Positions 32,991-45,100 of a stretch of DNA of 64,000 bases are shown piece after piece. The translations under genes were made by a program, and so were the position numbers. The first letter of the stretch is position 1; every line of letters begins with the position of its first letter. This DNA is from Rebecca billardiae RCC1528 (taxonomy: Eukaryota > Protista > Haptophyta): positions 3,534,001-3,598,000 of the forward strand of contig OZ251223.1 in assembly GCA_965240325.2 (NCBI GenBank), written 5' to 3'. The notes under the pieces were generated by a model. That model had not been told where the DNA came from. It saw only the letters and a program-made list of their open reading frames with translations, and did not search any database.

Positions 32991-33208
32991 GAGCTGCCCC
33001 GCCTGCATATACTAGTGGTTCTGCTTTCGCGATGACCGTGCTACTAAGAATGTTGACCGCCGCGAATCACTGAGGAAGCATCATCAAAGTTCTCCGGTTA
33101 ACCCCGTAACCGCGCGATACCGGTTCGGGCGGGTCAGGCGGAGAGTTGCTGTGTGACTGAAGAGTAGAGAGGCAGTGCCGCGTCTGCTGGTCTGCGAATA
33201 CACTGCCG

Positions 33209-33634
33209 TCAAAGGTCCCGTGTTAACGTGAGTGCGTCGCCTGAGCCGCCAATCTCGATGAGGTAAGTCGGGTTTGTGTCGATGCCGGCGCAGCTGGAGC
33301 CGTCATGCTCGATGTCGAGAGTCGGTGAACTTGGGTCGTACCCAGGGGCGGTCCAGCCGATCAGATCAATCGTCGGGTACTTGCCCAGCGCCGCGTGGTA
33401 GTGAAAGGACTTGTTTCCGACCGTATCGTTGATCTTGTACGTGACGTCGCCGCCATCGTCCGAGCTGGTGACGAAGATGCTCTGGTCAAACTCGTAGTAG
33501 GTCGTGCTGCTTGTTCCTGACGCGACGGTGCCTGGGAAGGGGCCCCACTGGTTCATCTGGTACTGGTTCGAGCTCACCTTGGTGAAAGCGTAAGGCGTGT
33601 TGTTGATAACCTGCAGGCAGGAACCAAAACCCAT
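33209..33634 (-). CDS. Small beta-rich protein resembling the N-terminal domain of fungal/bacterial PLC-like phosphodiesterases
   Basis: ATG-start 141-aa ORF with non-shadow composition. Pattern MG.G....IN.TPY......YQMN.W.....V..G.....Y.E....IF....DD.G.V.Y is recalled, not searched. Confidence 0.7.
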   Translation of the reverse strand: MGFGSCLQVINNTPYAFTKVSSNQYQMNQWGPFPGTVASGTSSTTYYEFDQSIFVTSSDDGGDVTYKINDTVGNKSFHYHAALGKYPTIDLIGWTAPGYDPSSPTLDIEHDGSSCAGIDTNPTYLIEIGGSGDALTLTRDL

Positions 33635-35455
33635 CGCACTCGCCCGCAGCGCGCCCGGGTCTTGAGTTTCGCTCGTGCCTTGCGGGGGAGGCTGCTCACG
33701 ATGATGGCGAACGCAGTCTCCAGTCCGTCCGGGTCAGACGCGACGATCTGTCATCTGCTGATCAGATCTAACGGCATCAGTAACCGCCAATAAAACGGCC
33801 ATATCATTTCCGCTGGATGCCCGGATAGATATGATATCAAACTGTGCCCTGGCGGGCGAGGGGGTCGGCGGGCCGTGCCAGTGCTGTCGCAATGTATCCT
33901 CTGCGGGTTCGCGTCTTTCCACATTCGCTCGTGGCCGTGGGTGACGGACAGTCGAGTGCAAGGACCAGTTGAAGTTGGCTCCCGACAACGTGTACAAGTC
34001 TCAGTCTGTACTCTTATGCGCATCAGCGAGGCCCGCACACCCACGAGGGAATGTGCAGCACGCGGGGCGGGACGGGTAGCCCGTTGCTCCGCGCGAGCGC
34101 GGGTACGCGCTGTATGTGCCGCATCTCGACCGCGATGGCGTAATCGAGCGCCTCGCCGCCGACGAAGCCGCCAGAGTAGATCATGTATGTGCATGTCCTC
34201 CTGCCGCCAGCCGAGAGCGGTCGCCGCAAGGATGCTTGCCGATGTCCGCTCCAGGCACGATGGGCTCGGCGCAGGTCGCGTTGACGTCGTACACGGCCGC
34301 CACGCTGAGCACGAGCGCGTTGACGTTCACGCGGTCGTCGCTCTTCGCATCTTCGACAGGTCTGGCGCCCGCGTGCTCGGCGGCACGAGGAGCTGTTGGT
34401 TGTGCGCGCGTGCGCGCACAGCGACAGCGTGTGCCACTCGCGATCGAGAGTAGGCAAGCGCTGCTCACGCGGGCACACGAATCGCAGCGCATCCGTCACC
34501 GGCGTGACGACTTCCGCCTCGTCCCGCAGCGCCTGCGCCATGGACGAGGATGGCGCGGCGATGTTGCATGCTCGACGTTTCATCTCTCTGCGGATGGCAT
34601 CACGGGCTTGTCTGTGTCGCGCTGCGGCGAGGGTCGCCAACTCGCGATGACGCGGTTGCTGCCACGGCGACAGACCCGGGAGGTGCGTCCGCTGCGCGTC
34701 GTACGCCGTTGGCGCTGCGCTTCCGTCGCATTGGTCACCGTCGACGCCATGCAGGCCGGACGTGGGCTTTCGGCTGAGGGACCGCGACAGACAGTCCGGA
34801 CACTCCGGTGCGCGGATTCCGGCGATCGAGTTCAGAAGGCCGCGCCCAAGGGAGGTCCGCGCCAAATCTTGCGTCGCGTGCGATGGAGCTTCCCGCCCGC
34901 GAGACACCTCGTGATGAGGGCCTTTCCGCACCGAGCCCGACGCGCGGCGGTGGATCGCGCGAGGCGGCCATCGTGCGCAGCGCCTGATGCTATGGCCGGT
35001 GCGAGCGTTCGACGTGCACGTCGGGCGAGGATCGCCCCAAGTCGCACGATCGTGTCGACGCGCCGAGCGTACCGCTCCAAACGGGTCGATTTAGCCCCCG
35101 TTCGACCTGCACGCGAGACGACGAGGGCAGCAAACGCGAATCGGGCGAAAACACGTCTAGGGAATCCTCGCGCGATGTCCGCGCCGGCGTTGGATTTGGC
35201 GCGCGCCGCCCATGCGCTCCGCGCCATGGGCGAACCACTTTTCGGCCGAGCGTCCCCAGTGGGAGCTGCGAGGGCGCCCGGTAGTGAGCGAGGCGATTTT
35301 CTTTTCTTTGCGAGGCGATTTTCTTTTTCCTTTTCTTTTTCTTATCTTTTCCCCGGGCACTACAAGGGGACCTACCGGTACGGCCCGCCATATTGAAAAC
35401 CGCCGACAGCGACTCGAGCATCAGAATCACTGCATTCACTGCTAAAAGCCTAAGA

Positions 35456-38400
35456 CTAAGTGAATCCGTTGGGGCATTGGCCCGCGCCGCTCACGGCGTC
35501 GGCGCACTTGCTGCATCTGCACGGCTGCGAGACGTCCAGCCCGTCGGCCAGTCTGAGCCCTTCGGAGCCGCCGCTCGTCCCGGCCGAGGATGCGCTCATC
35601 GGCACGTGTGAGGCCAGCACCGCCTGCCGCGTGTCGTACTCGCCGTCCTCGTGGGCGGTGCAGTAGAAGGTGAGGTCCTGAAACGAGCGCAGCCCCGTGA
35701 CGGCGCCGCGGAACGTGCGGACCGCCTCGCTCAGGCTGCCCGGCAGCGATCGCGCGCTGCAGCCGGGCTCGCGCGCGTGCGCGTGCCCGCCGCAGCACGG
35801 CCAGTTGCTCAGCGGGATGGGCAGCATGCAGTTCACGCACGGCGGCTCGTCGGCGCTGAGCTCGGCCTCGAACTGCGCGCGCGCCGCCTCCGCGCGCTCG
35901 CGCGCCGCCTCGTACGCCTCCCCGGCCGTGATCGGGCTCGTCTCGTTGGCGTCGGTGCTCATGTCGAAGGCGATGGGTGGGTCGTGCCAGGTGAGCGCGG
36001 CGTCGTCGCACTGGCAGAGGGCCGCGCTCCCGACCACCGCGTACGTCCAGCCCACCGCGGGGCAGCACTCCACGCAGACGGAGGGCGCGTACTCGCCCGA
36101 GCGGTGCGCGTCGTGCTCGCCCGGCTGCGCCCAGTTCTGCGTCGCCCAGTGCAGCTTGAGCTGGCCGACTCGCGCGCCGAGCGGCCGCGTGCCGCAGAAG
36201 TGGAGCTGCGCGCGCGCGCCTTCGCGCGCCCACGGGTTGTCCGCCGCATCCGCCGTGCGCAGGAACGCCGACTGGTCCGCGCCGTCGACGGCGAGGCTCT
36301 CGGGCAGCCGCACGCCCGCGAGCGCGGCGAGGGTGGGCAGCAGGTCGAGCGTGCGCACGGGCGCGTCGGAGCGCGCGCCCGCGGGCACGACGCCCGGCCA
36401 GCGCACGAGCCCCGGCACGCGGATGCCGCCCTCCCACAGCTGGCCCTTGCCGCCCTTCAGCCCGCCCTTCCGCCCCGCCGCCGCCCAGCCCTGCTCCAGG
36501 GACGGCCCGTTGTCCGAGCTGAAGAGCACGAGCGTGCGCTCGCGCGCGTCCAGCCGCTCGATTTCCTCGAGCAGCGCGCCCAGCGCCCAGTCGAGCTCGA
36601 GCAGGGACTGGCCGTACTGGGCGTTGTCCGACTCGAAGGGGCCGGGCGGGCCGGGGCCGAAGCGCGGCGCGCTGAAGAGCGGGGCGTGCGGGTGCAGGTC
36701 GGCAAAGTAGTGGAACCAAGGCACGCCCGCCGCGGCCGCGCGCGCCATGCACGCGCGCGCGTGCTGCACGAGGTTGTCCTGCAGGCCGTACATGTACGCG
36801 GGCTGCTGCACGATCGTCGTGTTCGCCACGAGGAGGCAGGACGAGGGCCCGCGCGCGTACCCCGCCGGCGGCGAGGAGGCGGCGCGGGCCTCCGTCCCGC
36901 CCGCCTCGGCCCGCCCCGGGTAGGGCGAGCACGGCGGCGCGTTGGAGAACGGGAAGACGAGCGAGTCGTCGAAGCCGTGGTGGGCGGGCATGAAGGCGAA
37001 GCGGCCGTCGTCGGCGTCGCCCGCGGCCCGCGCGTACTCGGCGTCGGCGGAGACGCCGAGGTGCCACTTGCCCGACATGCCCGTGGCGTACCCTCCCGCG
37101 CGCAGCATCGTCGCCAGCGTGATCTCCGACCTGGGCAGCCCGCTCGGCGCGCCCGGAGAGAAGAGGTCGCGCTGCGGCATCACGTCTCCCGCCATGCCGT
37201 ACCGGCTCGGGTAGCGGCCGGTGAGCAGCGCGGCGCGCGCGGGCGTGCAGGTCGGCTCGGTGAGCATCTGCGTGAGCATCAGCCCGTCGCGCGCGAGGCT
37301 GTCGATGTTGGGCGTCGTGTTGTTTGTGCGGCCCCACGCGTGCAGCCCAAACACAGCCGGGTCTGCCCAGCCCATGTCGTCCGCCATGTAGAGCAGGATG
37401 TTGGGGCGCGGCGCGGCGGCGCGGCGCTCGGCGTCCTGCTCCTCGCCGGGCGAGGCGCCGCTGGGCGCGGCCGAGCGCCGGCGCGCCGCGCGCCGCGAGT
37501 CTGCGGGCGCGCCCGCGCGCGCCGCGGCCGCGACGGCCGCGGCGAGCGTGGGCAGCTCGGCCGGCGGCCGCAGGGCCCACGCGGTGAACTGCTGCGTCGC
37601 CAGCTCGAGCCCGGTGATGGACTTGAGGAGGGCGAGGGGCGGCGCGAACACGCTCACGGTGCCGGTCTCGAGCAGCACGATGAGCAGCACGAGCGCGCAG
37701 CACCAGCACACCGTGAAGCACAGGCAGCACGCCTCCACCGCCTCGAGGGCCGTGTGCTCGTGCTGCCCCGCCGCTGCGGCTGCCTCCTCCGCGGGCGCAC
37801 CCGCCTCGCTGCGTGGCTCGGAGCCGAGCCCCTCCTCGCGCGCCCCGCCCTCCTCCGCCCGCGGCACGCCCAGCTTCGCGCGCGAGGCGTCCAGCTCCTT
37901 CTCGAGCGAGAGGATGTACGGGTGCTCGTCGCCCAGCGTGGCGCGCGCGCGCGAGAGCGCCGCGTCCAGCTCCTCGAGCCGAGAGCGCGCGCGGGCCCTG
38001 TCGGCCGCGGGCGCAGCAGCCTCGGCGCCGCTGTGCGCTCGCGCGGCGCGCGCGCGCATGCAGCGCAGGACGCAGATCACGAGCAGGTGGATCACAAACC
38101 ACGCGGAGTACAGGGCCACGCGCAGCGCAAGCGGCGTCCGCTTGGCCCCGTCTTTGGCCGGCTCCTCTGTCGGCGTGTGCAGCCGCACGGTGCCGTTGCC
38201 ATCACCGAGCGACGCGCCGTTGGTGCGAAGGCGCGTGTCCGCGCGCTGCATCGCGGGGCGGTCGCAGCTGTACGTGACGAACTTCATACCGCCCTGATCG
38301 CCGTGCGCCGAGTACTCGACGCAGCCCCGCTCGGCGCACGTGCCGCCAAGTTGGCCGCCGTGCTCGGCAAAGCTGAGCACCAGGTCTGCGGGGAGGCAGA

Positions 38401-38731
38401 TCTGCGTGCACGCCGTGCAGTCGGGCGCGCAGCCGGGGCTCGGCTCGAGGCGATACGCGTCCGTGCGCCCCGCCACGCACGGCTCGCCGTGCGGCCACAC
38501 CGCCTCATCTGGCTCCGGCTCGGCGCCGTCTGCCAGATCGACACCCAGCTCCTCTTCCTGGGGCTCTGGCTCGTCGTCCCGTGCGCCACGCCTGCGGCGG
38601 CGCGACCTGCGGGCGGCTGGCGCTGTGGATGGATGCGAGTCGCTTGCCATCTGCCACTGCACCCACGCGAGCAGCGCCAGGCAAGTCGCCAGGGCGCCGA
38701 GCAGGGCGACCACGCGTCGCGCCTTCGACAT
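35456..38731 (-). CDS. Formylglycine-dependent sulfatase (arylsulfatase A/steryl-sulfatase-like) with membrane-anchored N-terminal extension
   Basis: RPNILLYMADDMGW, TPNIDSLARDG, CTPARAALLTGRYP, GKWHLG, HPHAP, FSSDNG, GGKG..WEGGIRVP. Confidence 0.92.
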   Translation of the reverse strand: MSKARRVVALLGALATCLALLAWVQWQMASDSHPSTAPAARRSRRRRRGARDDEPEPQEEELGVDLADGAEPEPDEAVWPHGEPCVAGRTDAYRLEPSPGCAPDCTACTQICLPADLVLSFAEHGGQLGGTCAERGCVEYSAHGDQGGMKFVTYSCDRPAMQRADTRLRTNGASLGDGNGTVRLHTPTEEPAKDGAKRTPLALRVALYSAWFVIHLLVICVLRCMRARAARAHSGAEAAAPAADRARARSRLEELDAALSRARATLGDEHPYILSLEKELDASRAKLGVPRAEEGGAREEGLGSEPRSEAGAPAEEAAAAAGQHEHTALEAVEACCLCFTVCWCCALVLLIVLLETGTVSVFAPPLALLKSITGLELATQQFTAWALRPPAELPTLAAAVAAAARAGAPADSRRAARRRSAAPSGASPGEEQDAERRAAAPRPNILLYMADDMGWADPAVFGLHAWGRTNNTTPNIDSLARDGLMLTQMLTEPTCTPARAALLTGRYPSRYGMAGDVMPQRDLFSPGAPSGLPRSEITLATMLRAGGYATGMSGKWHLGVSADAEYARAAGDADDGRFAFMPAHHGFDDSLVFPFSNAPPCSPYPGRAEAGGTEARAASSPPAGYARGPSSCLLVANTTIVQQPAYMYGLQDNLVQHARACMARAAAAGVPWFHYFADLHPHAPLFSAPRFGPGPPGPFESDNAQYGQSLLELDWALGALLEEIERLDARERTLVLFSSDNGPSLEQGWAAAGRKGGLKGGKGQLWEGGIRVPGLVRWPGVVPAGARSDAPVRTLDLLPTLAALAGVRLPESLAVDGADQSAFLRTADAADNPWAREGARAQLHFCGTRPLGARVGQLKLHWATQNWAQPGEHDAHRSGEYAPSVCVECCPAVGWTYAVVGSAALCQCDDAALTWHDPPIAFDMSTDANETSPITAGEAYEAARERAEAARAQFEAELSADEPPCVNCMLPIPLSNWPCCGGHAHAREPGCSARSLPGSLSEAVRTFRGAVTGLRSFQDLTFYCTAHEDGEYDTRQAVLASHVPMSASSAGTSGGSEGLRLADGLDVSQPCRCSKCADAVSGAGQCPNGFT

Positions 38732-39182
38732 GATAGTTCGAACGCGCGCCAACTTTTGTGCCAGTGGCCAGTGGCACAGAAATGCGCGGCGGCGCGGGCA
38801 CAGAAATGCGCGGCGCCCGGGCGGCCGGGGCAAACCGGTGCAGGGCTGTCGGGTGACGAATCAAAGCTGGAAGCTGCCACTGCTGGATCCGTTCGTGGGC
38901 AAAGCCAGCCGCATCGGAGATGCAGATCACGATGGCAGCCGCGTGGCAGCAGCAAGGATGAGCATCAACAGCTCCGAGAGTGAGTCCCTGAGTCTCCTTC
39001 TCGGACTCGCTCCATTCTCAATTCTCATCCGGCGGCTCACCAGCCGTCCAGCAGCAGCCGTCAAGATGCCATCATCATCAGACATCGGCACCATGAGGCA
39101 TGACCACGCCAGCACTTGGATTGTCAGGATCATGCACGGCATCGATGCAGCATCGTCGTAGTCGTGATGATGATGACCAGCG

Positions 39183-42100
39183 TCACCAGTCCATCGCGCA
39201 GCGCCAGCGCGCCAGCGCCTCGTGCGCCTCGTTCGCCTCCCTCGCCGCCCTGACGCGCGCATACAAGACGGGGCACTCGCCGTTCTCGCAGAGGATGGCG
39301 TGCTGCGTCCCACCCGAGTGGCACTGCGCGCACCTCGCGCTCTCGAGCGCAAGCCGCTCGTCCCAGCGGCGACTGAGCTCGAGGGTGTCAAGCAGCGCCA
39401 GCGCAGAGCCCTCCGGATCGTCCTGGCACTTTTCGCACAGCACGCGGGCGCGGTCGCCCTCCACTGCGCCCGCGCTCGCGCTTGTCGCCGGCGGCAGCGG
39501 TGGTGGCGGCGGCAGCGGCTGGCGGCAGCGTGCGCAGCCGCCCGCCTCGCCGTGCGCGGCGCGCGAGAGGTATGCGCCGATGGCGGCCTGCTGCGCGCGC
39601 GCACCCGCTGGGCTCCGGCCGGGGCGCTGATCGGCTGTGGCCTGCTCCGCCCGGCGGCGCTTGCTGCCGGCGTGCGCGCCCGCCGGCGGCGCAGCCGGGG
39701 GCGCGCGGCGCGTGCCACACATGTCACAGCGCAGCGCTCGCAAGAGCGCCCCCTCGTGCAAGTACGTGCACGCCGCGCACGACCACGCGTGCGAGCCGGC
39801 CATCGCCGCGCCCGCGCCCGCGTGCGGCTCGCTCGCGCCGGCTGGCGGCGGCGGCGGGCGCTCCGACGCGCACGCGCCGCACGCGAGCGCGGCCGGCGTG
39901 TTGAGCAGCGTGCACACCGGGCACGCCCACTCCGCACCCTCGGCCGCCGGCGCGCAGGCGTCGCCCGCGAGCCGCGCGGAGCAGCCCGCCGCCGGCTCGG
40001 GGTGGCGGCGGGCCTCGCCCTCACGCCGCACGCCGAGCGCCGCCGCGTCCGCCGCGGGCGGCGGAGCGGCCGCTGCGGGCAGAGCGGCGGGTGCGGCCGC
40101 GGCGCGCGCGCTGAGCATCCCCGCCGCCGTCTCTGCTGGCAGCGGCGGCGCGGCGCGGCGCGCGCGCACGAGCGTGTGCGCGCCCGAGAGCGCCTCCGCG
40201 CACTCCGCCCTGCCCACGCCCGCCGTCTCGAGCAGCTCGCGCAGCGGCGGCAGCAGCTTGAGCCTCCAGTACAGCCCCGCGTCCAGAGGGGCGCCGAGCA
40301 GCAGCGCGCGCAGCGGCTCCTCCGCCGCGTCGTGCTGCCGCTCGTGCCCCGCGCGCAGCACGTACTGCACGCGCTCGCCCAGCACGTGCGAGCGGCCGCG
40401 GTCGCGCATGCGCTGGCGCACGGCGAGGTGCACGTGCGGGCCGATGATGCCGGCCGCGCGCGCGTCGAGCGGCGGCGCCGTGGCTGCGAGCGCGCGCTCG
40501 GCCGCCGCGTCGACGGCGCGCCCCTCGACGCGCCAGAGCCCGCCGCTCATCGCGTAGTCCAGAGGACTCAGACCTTCGCCGCTCAGGAGCCGGCGCGCGT
40601 GCGCGCGCGCCGCGCCCACAGCTGCCTCGTGCGCCGTCTGCCCCGGCGGCGGCGCGCGGAGCAGCGCGTCGACGACCGCGCGCACGCCCGCGCGCACCGC
40701 GCCCGCCTCGCGCCGCCACTCGGAGCGGAGGCCCTTCACGAGCAGCGGCGGCGGCGGCGCGCGCGCGCATCTCTCGGGGTGCGCGCGCACCTTCACGGCC
40801 GCCGGGTGCTCGAGCCCGGCGTACCGGTTGACGTGGAGCAGCAGGAACGGGTGCAGCACGCGCTCGGCGAGCAGACGCATCGGCGCGGGCAGCGCGGCGT
40901 TGACCGCGGCCACGGCCACGTCGGCGGCCACGGCCGCGAGCCGCGCGGCGGCGCGCACGGCCGCGTCCGACTCGCCCGCGCCGACGCCGCGCACGCGGAC
41001 AAACAGGGAGTCCGTCTGGCCGTACACCACGCGCAGCTCGGGCGCGCGCTCGGACGGCGGGCGCGGCGCCGCCGACGCGCCCGCGGGCCGCGCGGCGGCG
41101 CTCCGCGCGGCCGCGAGCGCGACAGCCACGTCGCGCTGCACGGCCGCCGACTCGACGACGGCGCGCGCCGCGTGGCACGCCGCCGAGCCGAGTGCGAGGC
41201 ACGCGTCTGCCAGCTCGACCGCTCGGAGCGGCGACGCCGCCGCGCCGCAGAAGCCGTACATGGCGTTGGCCGTCAGCTTGATTGCACGCTGCCTCGAGTC
41301 GAGCGCCGCGCGCTCGTGCGCACTCGACGCGAGCGAGAGCTCCGAGCGCACGCGCGCGCGCGCGTCGATGAGCGCGAGCAACAGGCGCGGGAGCACGCCC
41401 CGGCGCACGGCCGGGCGGACAAACACGGCGCCGGAGGGCACGCGGTGCACCTCCGCCTCGCTCAGGCCGGCGGGCAGCCCGACGCACGGGCCGAGGCGCG
41501 CCGGGCGCCGCGGCTCTGGCGCGGCGCCCGAGGGCGGCGCCGCCGCCCAAGGGTGCGCCGCCGCCGGCGCGTCGGCCGGCGGCGGCCGTTGCGAGGCGTG
41601 GGCGGCAGCGCGGTCGTCGTCGATGCCGGCGCCGCCCGCGCGCGCCGACTTGTCGGCCGGCTCCTCCCCGTCGTGCTCGGACCAGCCGTCCTCCCACAGC
41701 GCAGCGCCGCCGCCCACGCCGTCGCGCCCGTCGTCCTCCTCGTCCTCCTCGTCCTGCACCTCGGCCGGCTGACGCGATGGCGTGGCGCCGCCGCCGCCGG
41801 CGCCGGGCGGCGCGGCCGGCGGCGGCGGCGCGCGCAGCAGCGTGCAGTAGCACAGGTTGTGCGCGGCAAACAGCGACGGGTAGAGCGAGGCAAAGTCGAG
41901 CACGGCGACCGGCTCGCCGCGGCCGTACGCGCCGGCCGTGCCCGCCTCGATCGGGTGGATGAGGAACGGCGACTGGGTCTGCCCGCCCGCGCCCGTGTCC
42001 AGCTTGCGCACCGCGTACCCGAGCCGGCGCGCCGCGCGGCGCAGCAGCGACCACGTGCGCACGAGCTGCGCGCGGTACAGCACGTGCGCGAGCGGGAGGC

Positions 42101-45100
42101 CCGTCAGCCGGCCGAGCTCGCACGTCTCTCCGAGCGTGTTGAGCGCGCGGAGCAGCCGCGCGCACGCGCGCACGCGCGAGAGGGCGTACTGGCCGAGCCG
42201 CGCGCTGCCGCCCTCCCGCTGCTCAGCCCTCAGCAGCCGCACCGCCGCCGGGCCGAGGACCTCGAGCGTCTCGCCGAGCACCGAGCGCGCGCTCGCCTCG
42301 AGCGAGTAGCTGGGCGCGGCGCGCGCGCTGAGCACGTGCCTCAGCACGTCCACGCACAGCCGCCCCTCGCACTCGAGCCGGAAGGTCTCCTCGTTCGAGG
42401 TGGCCGCCATGCGCCCGGCGCGGCGCACGGCGGCGGGGTCGTACATCACCACCGAGCGCAGCCGCGCGCCCGGCCGCGCCGCGTCCGTGCGGCGGCACAG
42501 CCGCAGGCCGCGCGGCGCCGCGTCGGCGGCCGAGGTGGCGCGCGCGCGCGCGAGCAGCGGCAGCCATGCCGCCCTCGCGTCGTAGCACGCGAGCACGTCC
42601 GGGTCGGCGGTGCCGACGAGCCAGTGCTCAAACGCGCGGAGCATGCCCCCCTCGTCCTCCGGCGCCGACTCGTGCACCGCCACGCCCGGCAGACGGAGCG
42701 GCGCGCCGGCGGCGTGGCCGCGGCGCGTGAAGAGGTGCCAGCGCCAGGCGGCGTGAGCGCCGCGCGCGCCGACGTGCGGCGGCGGCGCGGCCGCGGCGCC
42801 GCGCGGCCAGTCCTCGCACAGCGCGCACGCGATCATCACCACCTCGTCCTCGTCCGCAATGGGCGAGCGTACCTGTGGCGGCGGCGGCGCCGCCGCCGCG
42901 CGCGCGCCGCCGCTCGCGCCGCCCGCCTGCTCCGCACCGCCCGCGCGCGCCGCGGGCTCAGCGGGCACGCCCTGCACGCACTGCACGCACGCGAGCGCGA
43001 GCACGCGAAGCGGCGGCAGCGCGGGCAGCGCGCGCGGCGCCGGCGCGGGCGCAGCCGCGGCTGGCGATGCGGCAGCGGGGGCGGTGTCGCCACCGGCCCC
43101 GCGTGGCGCATGCGTGCCGGCCACAGCTGCTGCGCTCGCGGCGCCACCGCTGTCGACCGGATCGTCCGCGCCGTCGCCGTCTGCATCATCCAGCAGCCGC
43201 GAGGCGTCGGGCGTGAGCGCGCACACGAGGCTCGGCGGTGCGCACAGCTCGCGCGCCGCGCGCGCACAGCGCCGCGCCTCGTGCCCTGCGGGCAGCACCA
43301 CCGCGCCCGGCCGCACGCCAATCCAGCCGCCGCCGCCCAGCCCGAGCTCCGCGAGCACGCGCTCGATCGGCGCGACGTCGTCCTCGTACAGCTGCCGCCG
43401 CGCCGGCACCCACGCCAGCTCGGCGCCCGGCGGCGGCGGCGGCGGCGGCTCGGCGCCCGCCGAGCCCGAGGCCGGCCGCGGCGGCGTGGCCGATGCCGCA
43501 CTGGGCGGCGCGCCGCCGGCTGCGGCGCTCGGCGCGGGCGCGGGCTGGAGCATGCGCGCGCGCAGCACGGCGCACACGGCCGGGAGCGCCGCGCACCGCC
43601 GCACGCGCACGCGCAGCATCGGCCGCGCGCCCGCGCCCCTCGCCTCGCCCGCGGATCCGCCGTCATCCCCGTCCGAGCAGCCGCCGTCCCCGCCCTCCCC
43701 GCCGCCGTCGTAGCAGTCGAACGGCGTGAGCCACTCCCCCCACGCGCACAGAACGTCGGAGGCGGCGGCGGCGGCGGCGCGGCCGGTGCGGCAGCCCGTG
43801 CGCAGGGCGGAGCGGAGGGCGTCGACGAGCTGGGCGCACGCGCGCGAGAGCGCCTCGGCCGTCGCGCACGCCGTCGGCAGCGCGTGCATGCCCTGCCCGC
43901 CCGCGCACGCGCACGCGCGCTCGCGCCCGGCCGCGCACATGCGCGCCCGAACGCCGCCGCCGCCCGCTGGCGCCGCCGCCTCGAGGCAGGTGGGCGTGTC
44001 CACGACGAGGGTGGGGTGGTACGGCCCAAGGCGCACGACGAGCGTGCCGCCGCGCACGTCCGTGGCGTACAGCGTGAACCAGTCCGCGCCGGGCCCGGGC
44101 AGCTGCGCGCGCTCGACCGCGCCGCCGCTGCCACCGCGCGCGCCGTCGGGCGAAGCCGCAGCCGCCGCGTCGGCCGCGCGGGCGTGGCCAGGCGCGCGCG
44201 CTGCTGACGACAGCTCGGGCGGGCGGCAGCTGTGGCTCTGCTCGTGGGCGATGTCGAGCAGCATGCCGACGTGCTCGACGACAGGCGCGGGCGCACGTGA
44301 AGGCCGAGGCCTCCCCGCTCGCCCACGCTCGCTCGCGCCGCCGCCCGCTGCGCGTGCGCTCGTGGCCCGTGTGCCGGGCGCCGCACCCAGCGGCTGCGGC
44401 GGCGGCGGCGCGTGCGCTGACGGCAGCGGCGCCTTGCGCGGAGGTGCGAGCGGCTCGGGGCTGCTGCGCGGGGGCAGCGCCGCGGCCGCGCTCTGCCCCG
44501 GCACGTCCGTGCCCGACAGCGCGTCTTGCACGGCGGGTGCTCGCGGCCGCTGCGCCCGATAGTAGTCCGTGAGAGTGCCGGCGCCGCGCGCAGACGACTG
44601 CGGCTGCGCGCGTCCCACGCCGCGCGAGGCGGCGCGCGCGCGCGAGCTGAAGAGCGCGAGCAAGATGCTCTCGGCCGCGCGCGCGTCGCCGCCCACCGCC
44701 GCGGGCAGGTTGCAGTGCAGGCCTGAGACCGGCAGCGGCATCGACGACGCCTCCTCCGCACCCTCCGCCGCGCGCGCGGCCTCCTCGGCCGCAGCAGCCG
44801 CGCCCGCGGCCACCCCAGCGGCCGTCGAGGTCGCCGCCGTCGTCGGTGCCATCGCGCCCGTGGCCGGGCGGAGCTGCCGCCCCTCCATGCCGAACTGCTC
44901 GCACAGCCTCTCGTCGGCGAACACGCGCGCGCGCAGCCGCGTGGCGAGCTCGACCACCTCCCGGTCCGCAGAGCGCGCCCAGTCGGTGGCGGCCACGAGG
45001 CCCGCGCCCAGCGGAGAGGCGGCTCCGGCGAGTGCGCGCGCGTGTGGCGGAGCGGCGGCGCACGGCGAGCCGAGGACGAGGACGACGGAGCGACCACGCC

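Noticed and set aside
33700-35450. ORFs 34116-35396 (+) and 34023-34931 (-), plus a duplicated T-rich tract at 35288-35350
   Set aside because: No recognisable domains or consistent codon style; could be a decayed gene or TE end, but this cannot be supported.
35651-44207. Long plus-strand ORFs 35651-38983 and 39222-44207
   Set aside because: Antisense shadows of the sulfatase and polymerase genes.
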